Origin: Octopus bimaculoides
Lineage: Eukaryota
NCBI RefSeq assembly: GCF_001194135.2
Contig: NC_068989.1
Coordinates: 10,518,111-10,582,110 of the forward strand
Direction: 5' to 3'
Length of the DNA stretch: 64,000 nucleotides
Shown: in pieces, positions 12,575-26,017 of the stretch
Position numbering within the stretch: position 1 is the first letter of the stretch
Layout: the number at the start of each line of letters is the position of its first letter
The notes under the pieces: model-generated
Told to the model about the DNA's origin: nothing
The model's input: the letters and a program-made list of their open reading frames with translations, nothing else
Databases searched by the model: none
Position numbers and translations under genes: made by a program

Positions 12575-15500
12575 ATCTGAATATTTTCTCGTATGATAAT
12601 GTTGTCTTCTTTAGGTGTTGGTGCTTGTGTGTGTCCCTCTATGATGGTTGCTGAATATTCTTTGCGAGAAAGACTGCCAATTATGCAGTATCCTTGGTCT
12701 TCCAGAGGACCTGCGTAAGTGATTCCATTTTTTTTAGTATATTTTTCTTTTCAGTATTTTTTTTTCAGTGATCTAGCAAATATCATTTTTGTCTTATGGT
12801 ATTATCTAAGTTTATTTAATTTTTTTAATGTTTTAGCACTTGAGTCATTTTCGTAGAGGCTGGAGGTGTTGAAGGTCTCCCACGTGAATTGGAACACAAT
12901 GCATTGTGGGTTGGTGGTATCTGTCACTGAGCTGAGGATCCACATAGGTACTTGGAGAATAATTTAAACCAGATCCCTAAGTAGAGGAAAACATTGGGAG
13001 TTGAATGGCCAGGCCTACCCAGAAATAGACTCTTGTGGAGCTTTCAGGTCAGGCATTTTGGTCGATTTCTTGCAATCATTGATCTGGCAGTGCCCTAATG
13101 AGTAAGCATTACCTGTCCTAGATAAATTCTGTGGGCACAGAAGTACCTTCAACTGGACCTATCCAAGATCTGATGACACTATCTGAACTATCTGCAATCA
13201 GTCAGGGAATTGTTGATTTGTGGGGATTGTTGAAAAGCTGCTATTATGTGTAGGATGGATCTGTCTATCTACTGGTTCTATCATGAAGGTCAACCTGCTG
13301 CTTTCCTCTGGTAATGAAAGATAGCTAGTCTACCCATGTCTGGTGGTGCTGGCAAAGGAAGTGGTGTGGTAGATGGGCATGCCTGAAAGGTTTATGGACT
13401 AGACTTTTTCACAGCCAAGTTCTCATTAACTTCAAGTATCACTTACTGAGGAAGGTTAACTCAAACTCCATTGATATTAGAGAAGGGCTGGAGAGAACTG
13501 TTCAGCTGGTTTGGGTTCTGGGAAATGTGTGTGTTGGTGTGTACCATGAAGTCACAATAAGTCTCTCTCTTGGAGTTTGAATGAACTCAATGGAATCCAA
13601 GGACTACGTGGTAGTGTTAAACTGGGAAGTGTGATGTGCTTTCTCTTCCTCCATGACGTATTATTTACTAAATATACTACAGCATTTGGTTACTTTCTCC
13701 CCTATTGAGATGTCCTCTAGCGCAGGGGTTTTCAAACTGTGGTCCGCGGACCACAGGGGGTCCGCAAGGACAAGACAGTGGGGCCGTGGGCAGCAAATAC
13801 TTTTTATGGGCAATTTGATTTTATATGTTTTTTAATTGAAATCTTTTAATTGACAATAAACCTATTTTTTAAATACTGTTAAATAAATAAATGTAAAAAT
13901 ATATGTTATTTTAAGCAAATATTTATGTATAAATTTCATAAGCGTTTAAGGTAAAGCCTGAAATATAAAGGGGTCCGCAAGTCAAAAAGTTTGAAAACCC
14001 CTGCTCTAGCGGACAGGGAGATAAGTTTATAATATTTGGTCAGATTAAGTTTGGTTGTTAAAGTCATGTTCTTGTAGCATTAATCTGAAGTTAAGGAATA
14101 AAGAAAAGACTCATTTAAGTTTTTCAAAAAATGACCTTAAGCCTCTTGAGTAGAAATCGTTTAATAATATTGACTTATTGGTTGTTGTAATTGTCATTAT
14201 AATCTTAATTATCATTATCTTCAGACCTGATGGTTTTATGGGTGTATGTATCAGTGCTCCTGGCGGAGCAATTGCTTCTGTTCCTAACTGGACCTTGAAA
14301 GGATGCCAGTTAATGAATGGAACCAGTATGAGTTCTCCAAATGCCTGTGGCTGCATTGGTAAGTTCACTTAATGATCTTTCACTTGAATTAATACTCATT
14401 AGTAAAGATTTTTCCAGTTCCTTTCTTGTCTTGAAAACAAAAACTAATGTTTTGATATATCTCATTTATTTACATGTTCTCTGTATCATCATCGTCGTTT
14501 AACTTCCGTATTCCATGCTAGCATGGGTTGGACGATTTGACTGAGGACTGGTGAAACCGGATGGCAACACCAGGCTCCAATCTGATTTGGCAGAGTTTCT
14601 ACAGCTGGATGCCCTTCTTAACGCCAATCACTCAGAGAGTGTAGTGGGTGCTTTTACGTGTCACCTGCACGAAAACGGCCACGCTCGAAATGGTGTCTTT
14701 TATGTGCCACCCGCACAAGAGCCAGTCGAGGGGCACTGGCAACGATCTNNNNNNNNNNGTCTTGAAAACAAAAACTAATGTTTTGATATATCTCATTTAT
14801 TTACATGTTCTCTGTATCATCATCGTCGTTTAACTTCCGTATTCCATGCTAGCATGGGTTGGACGATTTGACTGAGGACTAGTGAAACCAGATGGCGACA
14901 CCAGGCTCCAATCTGATTTGGCAGTGTTTCTACAGCTGGATTAGCTGGATGCCCTTCCTAACACCAACCACTCAGAGAGTGTAGTGGGTGCTTTTACGTG
15001 TCTTGTAGGGAGATATTTTTTGCATACTTATTTTATCATTTAGTTAATTTAACCTGTCATCACCTGGCATAAATCTACCTCCCTCATTACTAATCTCCCT
15101 CAGTCAAGGGTCTTGTCTTGGAAGTTACTTAGTGACCTTGTTAATACTAGTGTGATGTCGAATTGTTTTGCTTAAAGATCAAACAAGAATTTTTTCCTGG
15201 TAATATCATCCTCAGGTGGCGAGTTGGCAGAAACGTTAGCATGCCAGACAAAATGCTTAGTGGTATTTCATCTGCCGTTACGTTCTGAGTTCAAATTCCG
15301 CCGAGGTCAACTTTGCCTTTCATCCTTTCGAGGTTGATAAATTAAGTACCAGTTACACACTGGGGTCGATGTAATCGACTTAATCCCTTTGTCTGTCTTT
15401 GTTTGTCCCCTCTATGTTTAGCCCCCTTGTGGGCAATAAAGAAATAAGAAACGTTAGCATGCCGGGAAAAATGCTTAGCGGTATTTCGTTTGTCTTTATC

Positions 15501-18500
15501 TTCTGAGTTCAAATTCCGCCGCAGTTGACTTTGCCTTTCATCCTGTAGGGGTCGATAAATTAAGTACCAGTTGCGTACTGTGGTCGATCTAATTGACTGG
15601 CCCCCTCCCCAAAAATTTGTGGCCTTGTGTCTAGAGTAGAAAAGAATATCATCATTGTCAGCCTAGTACCCTCCCTGTGTCCAGGGTTCAACTTGCCAAA
15701 ACTCTCTAGTTCCTTATGTGTTGTGCTACATGTATACAATCAGCCAGTCTCTTGTTTGCATCCTTTGATGTCTTCAGTTCACAAACTTCTTTGACAGCAT
15801 TTTACTCTCTTCTTCTCCATACTTCTTGTCAGGTTAGTCTTTGGCAGTGACTTGTAGTGCATTGTATGATAGCTTTGACAATATGGTTATTTAAGGAAGA
15901 ACTAAAAACCGGTAATATATATTTTTGTGAATCTTCTTTTCCGTTTTACTTATTCCTTTTCCTGATTCTTTATTACAGCGTTGATTTTATCTGGTTTAAA
16001 AGCCAACTCAATACCTTACAGTCCTTTCAGTGTAAGACGAGCACTTATGAATGCAGCACAGCCGATTGAAGGTTGTGAACCTTTTGGCTTAGGTGCTGGT
16101 TTATTGCAGGTAAATATTATTGATAATTTATGGTTGTTATTTTATTTAATTAAATCTTATTAAATAGTAGAAAATAAGGAAAAAAAAGAAAGAAAAAAAA
16201 GGTAGGAGTTTTATACAGTACACCTAGTCTAAACTATGGAGGAACAAAAGGTGTGGGATTAAAGGCAGGCAAAAGTAGGTAAACAGGAAAGGTAGACATA
16301 TGTGATGGTGCATGCAAAAACTATTAACATGGTGAAAAATTTGAAATGGTGTTTTATGTTTTATTCAGAAAGAGCATAATTCACAGATTTCAGAACACTT
16401 AAAATTTTTCAAATATCTTAATATTTGACTGAGATATGCCATTTTTTTCGGATAAGTAGATGCAACCCAGAAAAATGGACCTTTTTGAGAAAACTGTGTT
16501 TGAAGTTGAGACCTAAAGACTTTGAAAACTAAAGACTTTTCACAACTTTAGCCTTTTCTCATTCAATGAATGGGTAGGACTCTTGGTATTCAAGCTATAG
16601 TCATTTGCCACAACTAGTATTTAAAGAAGACCCAGTATTGACTTCAACCCCATTTTTCTTAGTTCTTTATTTTGTGACATCTAATGGGTTTTCCCATGTG
16701 CCATCACATTATGTGGCAGACACACAAGAATATATACCAGTAAGAGTATACATGTGATAAATTCCTTCAAAATATTTTATTTTGCCTCTCAATTTTACGA
16801 AAGTGAGAATATTTTCTGATAGTTTTCTCATGTTTCCTTCATTTCTTTCAAATTCATTTATAGGTTGAAAAAGCTTACGACTTTTTGACAAATTTTTCTG
16901 AAGCAAAGGAACGCAACGTGCAGTTTCTTGTCACTGTTCCAGGAGGAAACCGTGGCATCTACATAAGAGATATCTGCAAACTTAACAAAATCAATGAAAT
17001 ATCTGTATCAGTAGAACTATCCTACTTAGAAAATAAAACTGGTAAATATTGTTTGAACAATTTATCTTCATTCCTTTCCTTTTCTTTGCAGGTTTTTTTT
17101 TCTTTTTTTTCTGTAATACCAAGTGTGGAATACTTTTGAAAATTCAAGCATTTACATAAATGATTGGTGTAAATATTTCTTTGCACTTAAAAACATTTAA
17201 CATTCAATTCAAATTACGACAAACATAAATAAACAAACGAAGTTTGCTTTTAGAAGCGTTGAGATGTCTTAGAAAGTTAAAGAAGTGATTTTTTTAAATT
17301 CTCAATCGCAGGATAATGCTAATAATATAGCCTGAACAGGATAAACTACCCCTATTTTGCAGAGAAAAGTGTAGGTGGCTAGCTGTGGACACGAACTCAC
17401 ATACCCGTGATTACGCGTCTCGATGCTTTGACCGATTAAGCTAAACTACCCACTACAGATTCCTCTGCAAATTTAAGATGTATAGAAATCTCGCTTTATT
17501 GGGACCCGTACCCGTTGTCATCAATGCTAATCAAGGCAGATAGAATGGTTTACTCTGCTTAATATAAATTATAATGCAAGGTCTGTTCCAAGATATGAAA
17601 TTGAGCTGAGATCAGCATGTTTGTCTTGTAGTCATTTTGCAACCAGTAATATCAAAGGTAATACCATAATTCATCAATATAGTTTCCAATCTTTAGCCTA
17701 AGCATGTGCTATATTCACAATGTTTATAAATATTGTGAATATACACTCTGAATGTTGGGTTAGTAGTTTGGAAAACTTTAATTTTGACAATAATTTACCT
17801 GGCTGTATGGTTAAGAAGCTTGCTACTTAACCATACGGTTTCATATTAAGTCCCACAATGTGGCACCTTGGGCAAATATCTTCTACAATATACTTGGGCC
17901 AACTAAAGCCTTGTGAGTGGATTTGGCAGATGGAAACTGAAAGAAGCCTCTGTGTGTGTGTGTTGTTGTTGTTGTCTTTTTGCAGATTTAGTCATTTATA
18001 GTAATTGTCTTTTTGTGCTTTGGTTTTGTAACTAGTTTCTTTCATTCAAACCAAAGAAGTCTTTAGGGGAATCTGAAAAAGTCAGATATCCATTGTTAAT
18101 CTTTCACTTGATTTTTGCTTCCATATTTCTGTATTACAATTATGAGCTGGTGGAATTGTTAGCATGCCGGACAAAATGCCTTGTGGTATTTTGTCCGTAT
18201 TTGCGTTTGGAGTTCAAATGCCAGTGGGATTGACTCTGCTTTTGATACTTTCGGAGATGATAAAATAAGTACCAGTTGAGGACCGGTTGATCTAATTGGC
18301 TTAGCCCCTCCCCTGAAATTGCTGGCCTTGTGCCAAAATTTGAAACCAATATAATGAGATGTTATTAATTCACCTTTACAGTGCAAGAAGATAAAATTGA
18401 TTTCAATCTACAACTTTGTTTGACTTGTGATGCATCCTGGGTTGAGATCCCATCTCATCTAGAGCTGAACACGTTCCGGTCTATCGGGGTTCAAGTTGAT

Positions 18501-21500
18501 CCTCGTGGATTACCACACGGAGCTCATTATACTGAAGTAAGTTTTTTTTTTTTTTATTGAACCTTATACCTTGAGCTTTTACCACATAATCAATGCAATA
18601 AGAGGAACGGACTGGACGAGGAAGGAAATATGATATGCTAGATGTATAACACTGAATCCTCAAGTGGCAAACCATTGGGAATCAGTGTGAAGTATTGTTT
18701 TCAACTAGATAGAGATGATATATTTTCAATTCCTGGCACTTGTGCTGGTGGCATGTGAAAAGACATTTGAGCGAGGTCGTTGCCAGTGCTGATGGACTGG
18801 CTCCTGTGCAGGTGGCACGTAAAATACACCATTTTGAGCGNNNNNNNNNNCTCCTGTGCAGGTGGCACGTAAAATACACCATTTTGAGCGTGGCTGTTGC
18901 CAGTACCACCTGACCGGCCTTCGTGCCGGTGGCACGTAAAAGCACCTACTACACTCTCGGCATGGTTGGCTTTAAGAAGGTCATCCAGCTGTAGAAACTC
19001 TGCCAAGTCAGATTGGAGCCTGGTGTAGCCATCTGGTTCGCCAGTCCTCAGTTAAATCGTCCAACCCATGCTAGCATGGAAAGCGGACGTTAAATGATGA
19101 TGATGATGATCTATAAACAGTGTATTAACAACAGCAGTAATAATTGTACTCCTATCATTTTGTTAACAAGAAAGTTTCCTCAAGGTCTTTATTGCTGTTC
19201 TGTAACAAACTTATTTGCTTTCATCTCATATATATGATGTGTTCAATTGTTATCAAACAAGTACGCTATGAACCTTGAGGGTGTGTTGGCCTTATGGTTA
19301 GGGTGTTGTATTCTTGATCATAAGACTGGTTCCACTTCCAGAACCAGGTAGTGCGTTGTGTTCCCTAGCAGAACACTTCATTTCACATTGTTCCAGTCTA
19401 CTTTAGCTATAAAATAAATTCCAGCAAAAGCTGGGAAGTTAATCTTGTGATAGACTGGCATCCTGCTAAGTTGAGGTGTGTTGTAATCTTAGTCATTTAT
19501 ATAGCATGGATACCTGGTTGAATTCCAGTCTTATGACAGACCTAACTTGGTGAACGTATATTTATGATTTTCATTGGTAAATGGAATTGCCTCATTTTAT
19601 TGTTTGTTATTCCTTGTTAATTTGTATATTTTGTTTTCAGATAAAAGCATTCGATGTCTCCTGTCTGGCAAAGGGTCCTGTATTTACTGTACCAATCACA
19701 GTTATTGTTCCTATAAAGTAAGTATGTTTCAGTTCTCAGTCTGGAAGTCCTCATATATTTGGAGCTTTTACTGAATATTTCTATTGTAAAGGATAGAATA
19801 ATGCTAATGATAATAAGCATCTCCCCACTTAATAATATAGCAGTTTGGCACAGTAATTTGAATTGATTCTAATTAAGTAGTTATGGATTTCATCCCACAG
19901 AATGGCACCATGGGCAAGTGTCTTTTACCATGTCCCTGAGTTGACCCAAGATTTGTGAGTGAAATTGGGTTAAAAGAAATAGTGTAGAAGTCTGTCAGGT
20001 AGATGATACCCATATTTAGGTTGTAAGCTTAACCTGTAGTCCAGTGTAACTCTACCATCTGGCCCTTGGTGGGGGCCTTTGAGAGGTGTCCAAGAATTCT
20101 GATCAGGTTTCCCGTCTGACAATAATTCAATTTCTGGACGCACTACTGTTTCGTACGGCCATAATCTTTGACTTCTGTTTTCTTTCTCTTTCTCCCCACC
20201 CCCTGCAGGGGGATTACTCTTCCTCCTCTGACTGGGCTAAGGAAAATAAAACGACCCGTTACAGAGTATAACCTTTTTACTTGCAAACTACAACTGTTTA
20301 CTTAGAACCCCCCCCCCAAAAAAAAAAAACCCCTGTGTTTTTAGCCATCTTCCAGAACAAAATATCAAAATGTTGCTTGCTTAACTTTGTTAGAATAGTC
20401 ACAGATATTTCATTAGCAAACAGTTTTAAATGCTTTTTTTTGTTTCCTGTATGTGGTATCTTCTTCACACATTGACCATTGTTTCAGAATTACTGACGAT
20501 GTCCATCACACTGTTTCTTTTACTGACGTCAAGTTTAAGCCAGGACAGATTAAAAGACATTTTATTCATGTACCAGAAGGAGCTACGTTTGGAGGTATTC
20601 TCACCATTTGTTTAAAAATGTCATTTGTTGTTTTTATTTTACTATGTTGCTAAGTGTTGCTAGCTACACTGTTGCAGATGTTTGTGACTGTTGCTAATCA
20701 CACCATAATAGATTCCTTCAGTGTCGTTTAAACTATACTATAATGGGTGCCTTGCATGTTGCTAACTGCAATGTCAAATATGTTTTGATTGTTACAAACT
20801 ACTTGTAAAATGTTTCAGATGTCGCTATCTTGTGCTGTTATTTAGTGAGATACAAATTTACACTGCTTTAGAGATTCTGAATGTGATTAGCGACTTTTAT
20901 AATGTTTCGACCATTATTAACTACACTAGTGTAATTGGTCTCCATAGTACCTGAGAAGTTACTATATTGCATGACAGGATTGTCAGTTTTTTGGGAAGTT
21001 ATCACTCAGCTATTGAGTTTCCTACATGTTGCTAACCACATTGTTATAGCTGTTGAAAATTGGTAATTGGTATTGTGTGTGTTGTTTATTATGCTGAAAT
21101 TAGATCTCTGTTGTAAATACTTCTGTGTGTTGTTTATGATACCATTTCAATAATGCTGTGTTGCTAACGTATGTGTGCTACTAAACACATTCTTGTAAAA
21201 ATTCTTTATTGGCCAACAAAATATGAATATTAGCATAAAAAATTTCATTTCAAGTATTTCTGTTTTTTACCATGTGGAGTCCCCCAGAGCAGCAGTTTCC
21301 AAACTTCGCTGCACCACAGATCAGTTTCATGCAAAACAATTTTTCCATGGACTGGAGATTCACATGCATAACGAAGTACTATAAATTGCATTGGATCTCC
21401 TGATATAATAATGAGTGTAGTGTTTTTATATATTTGTATGTATATGTATGTATGTGTGTGTGTGTTTGTGTGTGTATATATTGTGTGTATGTATGTGTAT

Positions 21501-23340
21501 ATATTGTGTGTATGTATGTGTACACACACAGTAGAATAAGAAATATATAATCCACTCTGTGGGGTGGTTGGTGTTAGGAAGGGCATCCGGTCATAAAAAC
21601 CACGCCAAAACAGACTGAAACCTGATGCAGTCTTCTGCCTTGCGTGTTCCTGTCAAAATGTCCAACCCATGACAGCATGGAAAGTGGATGTTAAATGATT
21701 GCTGATTATGATGATGATGCATATATTGAAAGAGAGAGAAGATGGGGAGATAGTTGAGGTAGGATTTTTGCAGCTGGATGCTCTTCCTGTTGCCAACCCC
21801 TACCTGTTTTTAAAGGAAGGCAATTTGGAATTTTAATTCCAGAGGGATTTGGAAACACGGAACTAGAGGACAATTTGTTGACAGGGAATATCAACAAATG
21901 TTAACAGTAACAGCTCAGACTCAAACAGTCACGTCACTGCCTGTTGTGTAGTTCAGTGCAGATTGTAAACATTTGCACAGACACACACATGCGTGCAGCA
22001 GGTCTCTTTCGGTTTCTGTGTACCAGATTCTTTCACGAGGCATTGGTTGGTCATGCCATGAAGTAGGACTACCCAATGTCATATGGTTGAGAGACAAACT
22101 TATACATATATATGTATGTGTATACATATGTATACATGTATAAACCTGTTCACATGCATAGATATCATCATCATCATGCACGTGTGTGTGTGTGTGTCTA
22201 TCATCATCATTTAACGTTTGCCTTCCATGCTGGCATGGGTGGGATGCACACACCTATATATGTTTGTGTATGTACATAAATATACATGTATAAACAGACA
22301 TGTGTTTGTATATATATGTATGTATGGTATGCATGTATGTATATGTCTGTGTTTAATATTATACATATTTAGTCATTGTGTTTAATTTCTAATGGGTAAT
22401 TATTTAACATTTCTACATTTCTAGTTTTGAAGATTGAATCAAAAGACACAGAAAAAAGCTGTCGTTTCCTCTTACACACCCTCCAGCTGTTGCCTCAGTG
22501 TCAATACCGGAAACATGAATTTGACAAGCTTGTCACCCTTTCAGACCAAGGAGAATTTGTACAGTCTTTTCCAGTCTTGGTATGTATCACAATACTATTT
22601 AGAATAATATAATAATGAAATTATTGTGTATAGTGCTCAGGTGCACTACAACTCATCAAAGGTGCATGTACAGTACATGGAATTATGTACAAAAGTCAGG
22701 AAAGGGAACAGTGTATGAGTCATGATATACATATGTGCATGCGTATAGAGGGGGGGGGGATATCAGGTGTAAGTGTTGGTGAATTTCAGGAAGCATGGAG
22801 GTTTTAAAGGATGCAATGTCTCAGCAACTAACAACTGATGCAGGTAGTTTGTTTCATGCTTCAGAAACTCTGAGTGTGAAGAAATGTTTCCGAAAATCAT
22901 CAGTTGATGCTCTTCACATGTGGATGCTGTTGAAAAAACCCTGTTTTCTTTGTGTTCTGATTAGGCAGCTTCATAGAAATGTCCTTCAATTAGCATTTCA
23001 TATATCATCTTCATATTTTTGTTGATTCTAACCCATTACCTATGCTAGCATGGAAGGTGGACGTTAAACGATGATGATGTAACCGCCACAGCTTGTTACT
23101 GGAGCTTAGTGGTAATGCTATGTATTTTGCACAGTCACACTGTTTAATTATATTGAAATGTAATTTTATTCTTTAATTCTTTTACTTGTTTCAGTCATTC
23201 GACTGTGGTCGTGCTGGAGCACCACCTTTTAGTCAAAGAAATCGATCCCAGGCCTTATTCTTTGTAACCTGGTACTTATTCTGTCGGTCCCTTTTGCTGA
23301 ACATTGGTTGTCAAGTGATGGTGGTGGGATCAGACACAAA

Positions 23341-23386
<46 letters not shown>

Positions 23387-24473
23387 CATATATAGATATA
23401 GATGACAGGCTTCTTTTCAGTTTCTGTCTACCAAATCCATTCACTAGGCTTTGGTTGGCCTGAGGCTATAGCAGAAGACACTTGCCTAAGGTACTATGCA
23501 CTGGGACTGAACCTGAAACCATGTGGTTGGGAAGCAACGCCTGTGTCTATCTGTTTGCATTTTAACAATATTTCATAATCGAACTTTAATATTTACCACT
23601 CATATTATTTAAATATTCTTGAAACCATTTCAAAGATATAGATTAAACTATTTTCTCAAATTATGACAATGTACCACTGGTGGTGCATATTGCAGTTGTG
23701 TGGGGTTTGCAATGAACCACCAGTGGCACATGTGGTGGTTAACATTTTAATATCTTTAACTTTTGGCAATGTCAGTTAAATGAGTCAGCTGCATCCTTGC
23801 AGCTGTAGGACCGAACATTCAAAGCTCTGATTCAACTACTTTCTAATAAGTACCCAGTGATGCTCGTTGACTTATCTCAGTTTCATGTATTTTATCTCCT
23901 AGCAATAGTCATCATCATCATCATCATCATCATCATCGTCGTTTAACGTCCGCTTTCCATGCTAGCATGGGTTGGACGATTTGACTGAGGACTGGTGAAA
24001 CCAGATGGCTACACCAGACTCCAATCTCATTTGGCAGAGTTTCTACAGCTGGATGCCCTTCCTAATGCCAACCACTCAGAGAGTGTAGCAATAACTTAAT
24101 GAAATAAGTACCAGTTGTGCAGTGGAGCGTTTGTAATCGATTCACCCCCACCCCCACAATTGCTGAACTTTGAAACAATTATCATTAACAGCATTGGATA
24201 AGTAAATTGGTGGAGCATCAGACAAAATGCCTTATGGTGTCGTTTCCAGCTCTTTATGTCCCAAGTTCAAATTCCAACTTTGCCTTTCATCCTTCCAAGA
24301 TCAGTGAAGTACTAAGCATCGGCTAGTACCAGTTTCCCTGAAGACTTTTATGGTCTACCTCTGTTCCATTGGTTTTCCACTGTCCTGAACCTATCCAAGT
24401 AAACTAATTCTTACATGGCAGCCACTACTGTAGTTGCTTGACCTTCTAGAAACAGCCACCAAATCTTCCTAAA

Positions 24474-24520
<47 letters not shown>

Positions 24521-25967
24521 CATATGTTTGTCTGTCTGTCCCCCCAACATCGCTTGACAACCGATGCTGGTGTGTTTATGTCCCCGTCACTTAGTGGTTT
24601 GGCAAGAGAGACCGATAGAATAAGTACTAGGCTTANNNNNNNNNNGTTTGGCAAGAGAGACCGATAGAATAAGTACTAGGCTTACAAAGAATAAGTCCTG
24701 GGGTCGATTTGTTCGACTAAAGGCCGTGCTCCAGTATGGCCGCAGTCAAATGACTACAACCAAATAAAAGAATAAAAGAAAAAAATAAGAATTAGTATAT
24801 TTAATGTAAAGAGATTTAAAAAGCTGATTAGATGTCAAAGTATGTTTGGAGTTATCCCCCATACTTAACCCTTTTTTTTTTTTACCTCATTCTAGTTAGA
24901 TTTTTAATACTCAAGGCATTAAATTTTTGAGTTACCTGATTGTTTAATTGTGCTTAATTACCCTCCTACACCAACCACTTGTCTCCTATTTCTTGTCTGC
25001 CTATCTCTCTTGTTATGCCTTTTTAATGTTCCTACAATAGCCCCGTGGAGGCGCAATGGCCCAGTGGTCAGGGCAGCGGACTCGTGGTCATAGGATCGCA
25101 GCTTCGATTCCCAAACTGGGCGTTGTGAGTGTTTATTGAGCGAAAACACCTAAAGCTCTATGAGGCTCCGGCAGGGGATAGTGGCGAACCCTGCTGTACT
25201 CTTTCACCAACAACTTTCTCTCACTCTTACTTCCTGTCACACTGTCACACTGAATCTTCCCCAAGAACTACGTTAAGGGTACACGTGTCTGTGGAGTGCT
25301 CAGCCACTTGCACGTTAATTTCACGAGCAGGCTGTTCCGTTGATCGGATCAACTGGAGCCCTCGACGTCGTAAGCGACGGAGTGCCAACAACAACAACAA
25401 CAACAACAACAATAGCCCCATCCCCCAAAACTATAATTTTTTTTTTTTTGGTTCCATTATGTCATATTGCAGAGTCCCCCAGTTTCAAAACACATGTAAG
25501 CAATTTATGAAAACAAAATTCCCATACTCTTGGTATGTTAAATAAAATTTCTTACCTTCTTCCTGAAAATGTTAGAATCACNNNNNNNNNNNNNNNNNNN
25601 NNNNNNNNNNNNNNNNNNNNNNNNNNNNNNNNNNNNNNNNNNNNNNNNNNNNNNNNNNNNNNNNNNNNNNNNNNNNNNNNNNNNNNNNNNNNNNNNNNNN
25701 NNNNNNNNNNNNNNNNNNNNNNNNNNNNNNNNNNNNNNNNNNNNNNNNNNNNNNNNNNNNNNNNNNNNNNNNNNNNNNNNNNNNNNNNNNNNNNNNNNNN
25801 NNNNNNNNNNNNNNNNNNNNNNNNNNNNNNNNNNNNNNNNNNNNNNNNNNNNNNNNNNNNNNNNNNNNNNNNNNNNNNNNNNNNNNNNNNNNNNNNNNNN
25901 NNNNNNNNTCGGACCTACCAAAGCCTTGTGAGTGGATTTGGGAGACGGAAACTGAAAGAAGCCCGTC

Positions 25968-26017
<50 letters not shown>

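Noticed and set aside
14551-14778. Recurring MKPDG...[16 protein letters not shown] (also 18701, 33933, 61814)
   Set aside because: Antisense translation of the family A repeat; recurrence reflects repeat copies, not a gene family
14428-15001. Apparent tandem duplication of ~230 bp including unique flank
   Set aside because: The copies sit on either side of a 10-N gap and share idiosyncratic variants; most likely two haplotypes or contig ends joined in assembly
18801-18890. 40-bp direct repeat around a 10-N gap (also 24596-24685)
   Set aside because: Exact overlap at contig ends; assembly artefact
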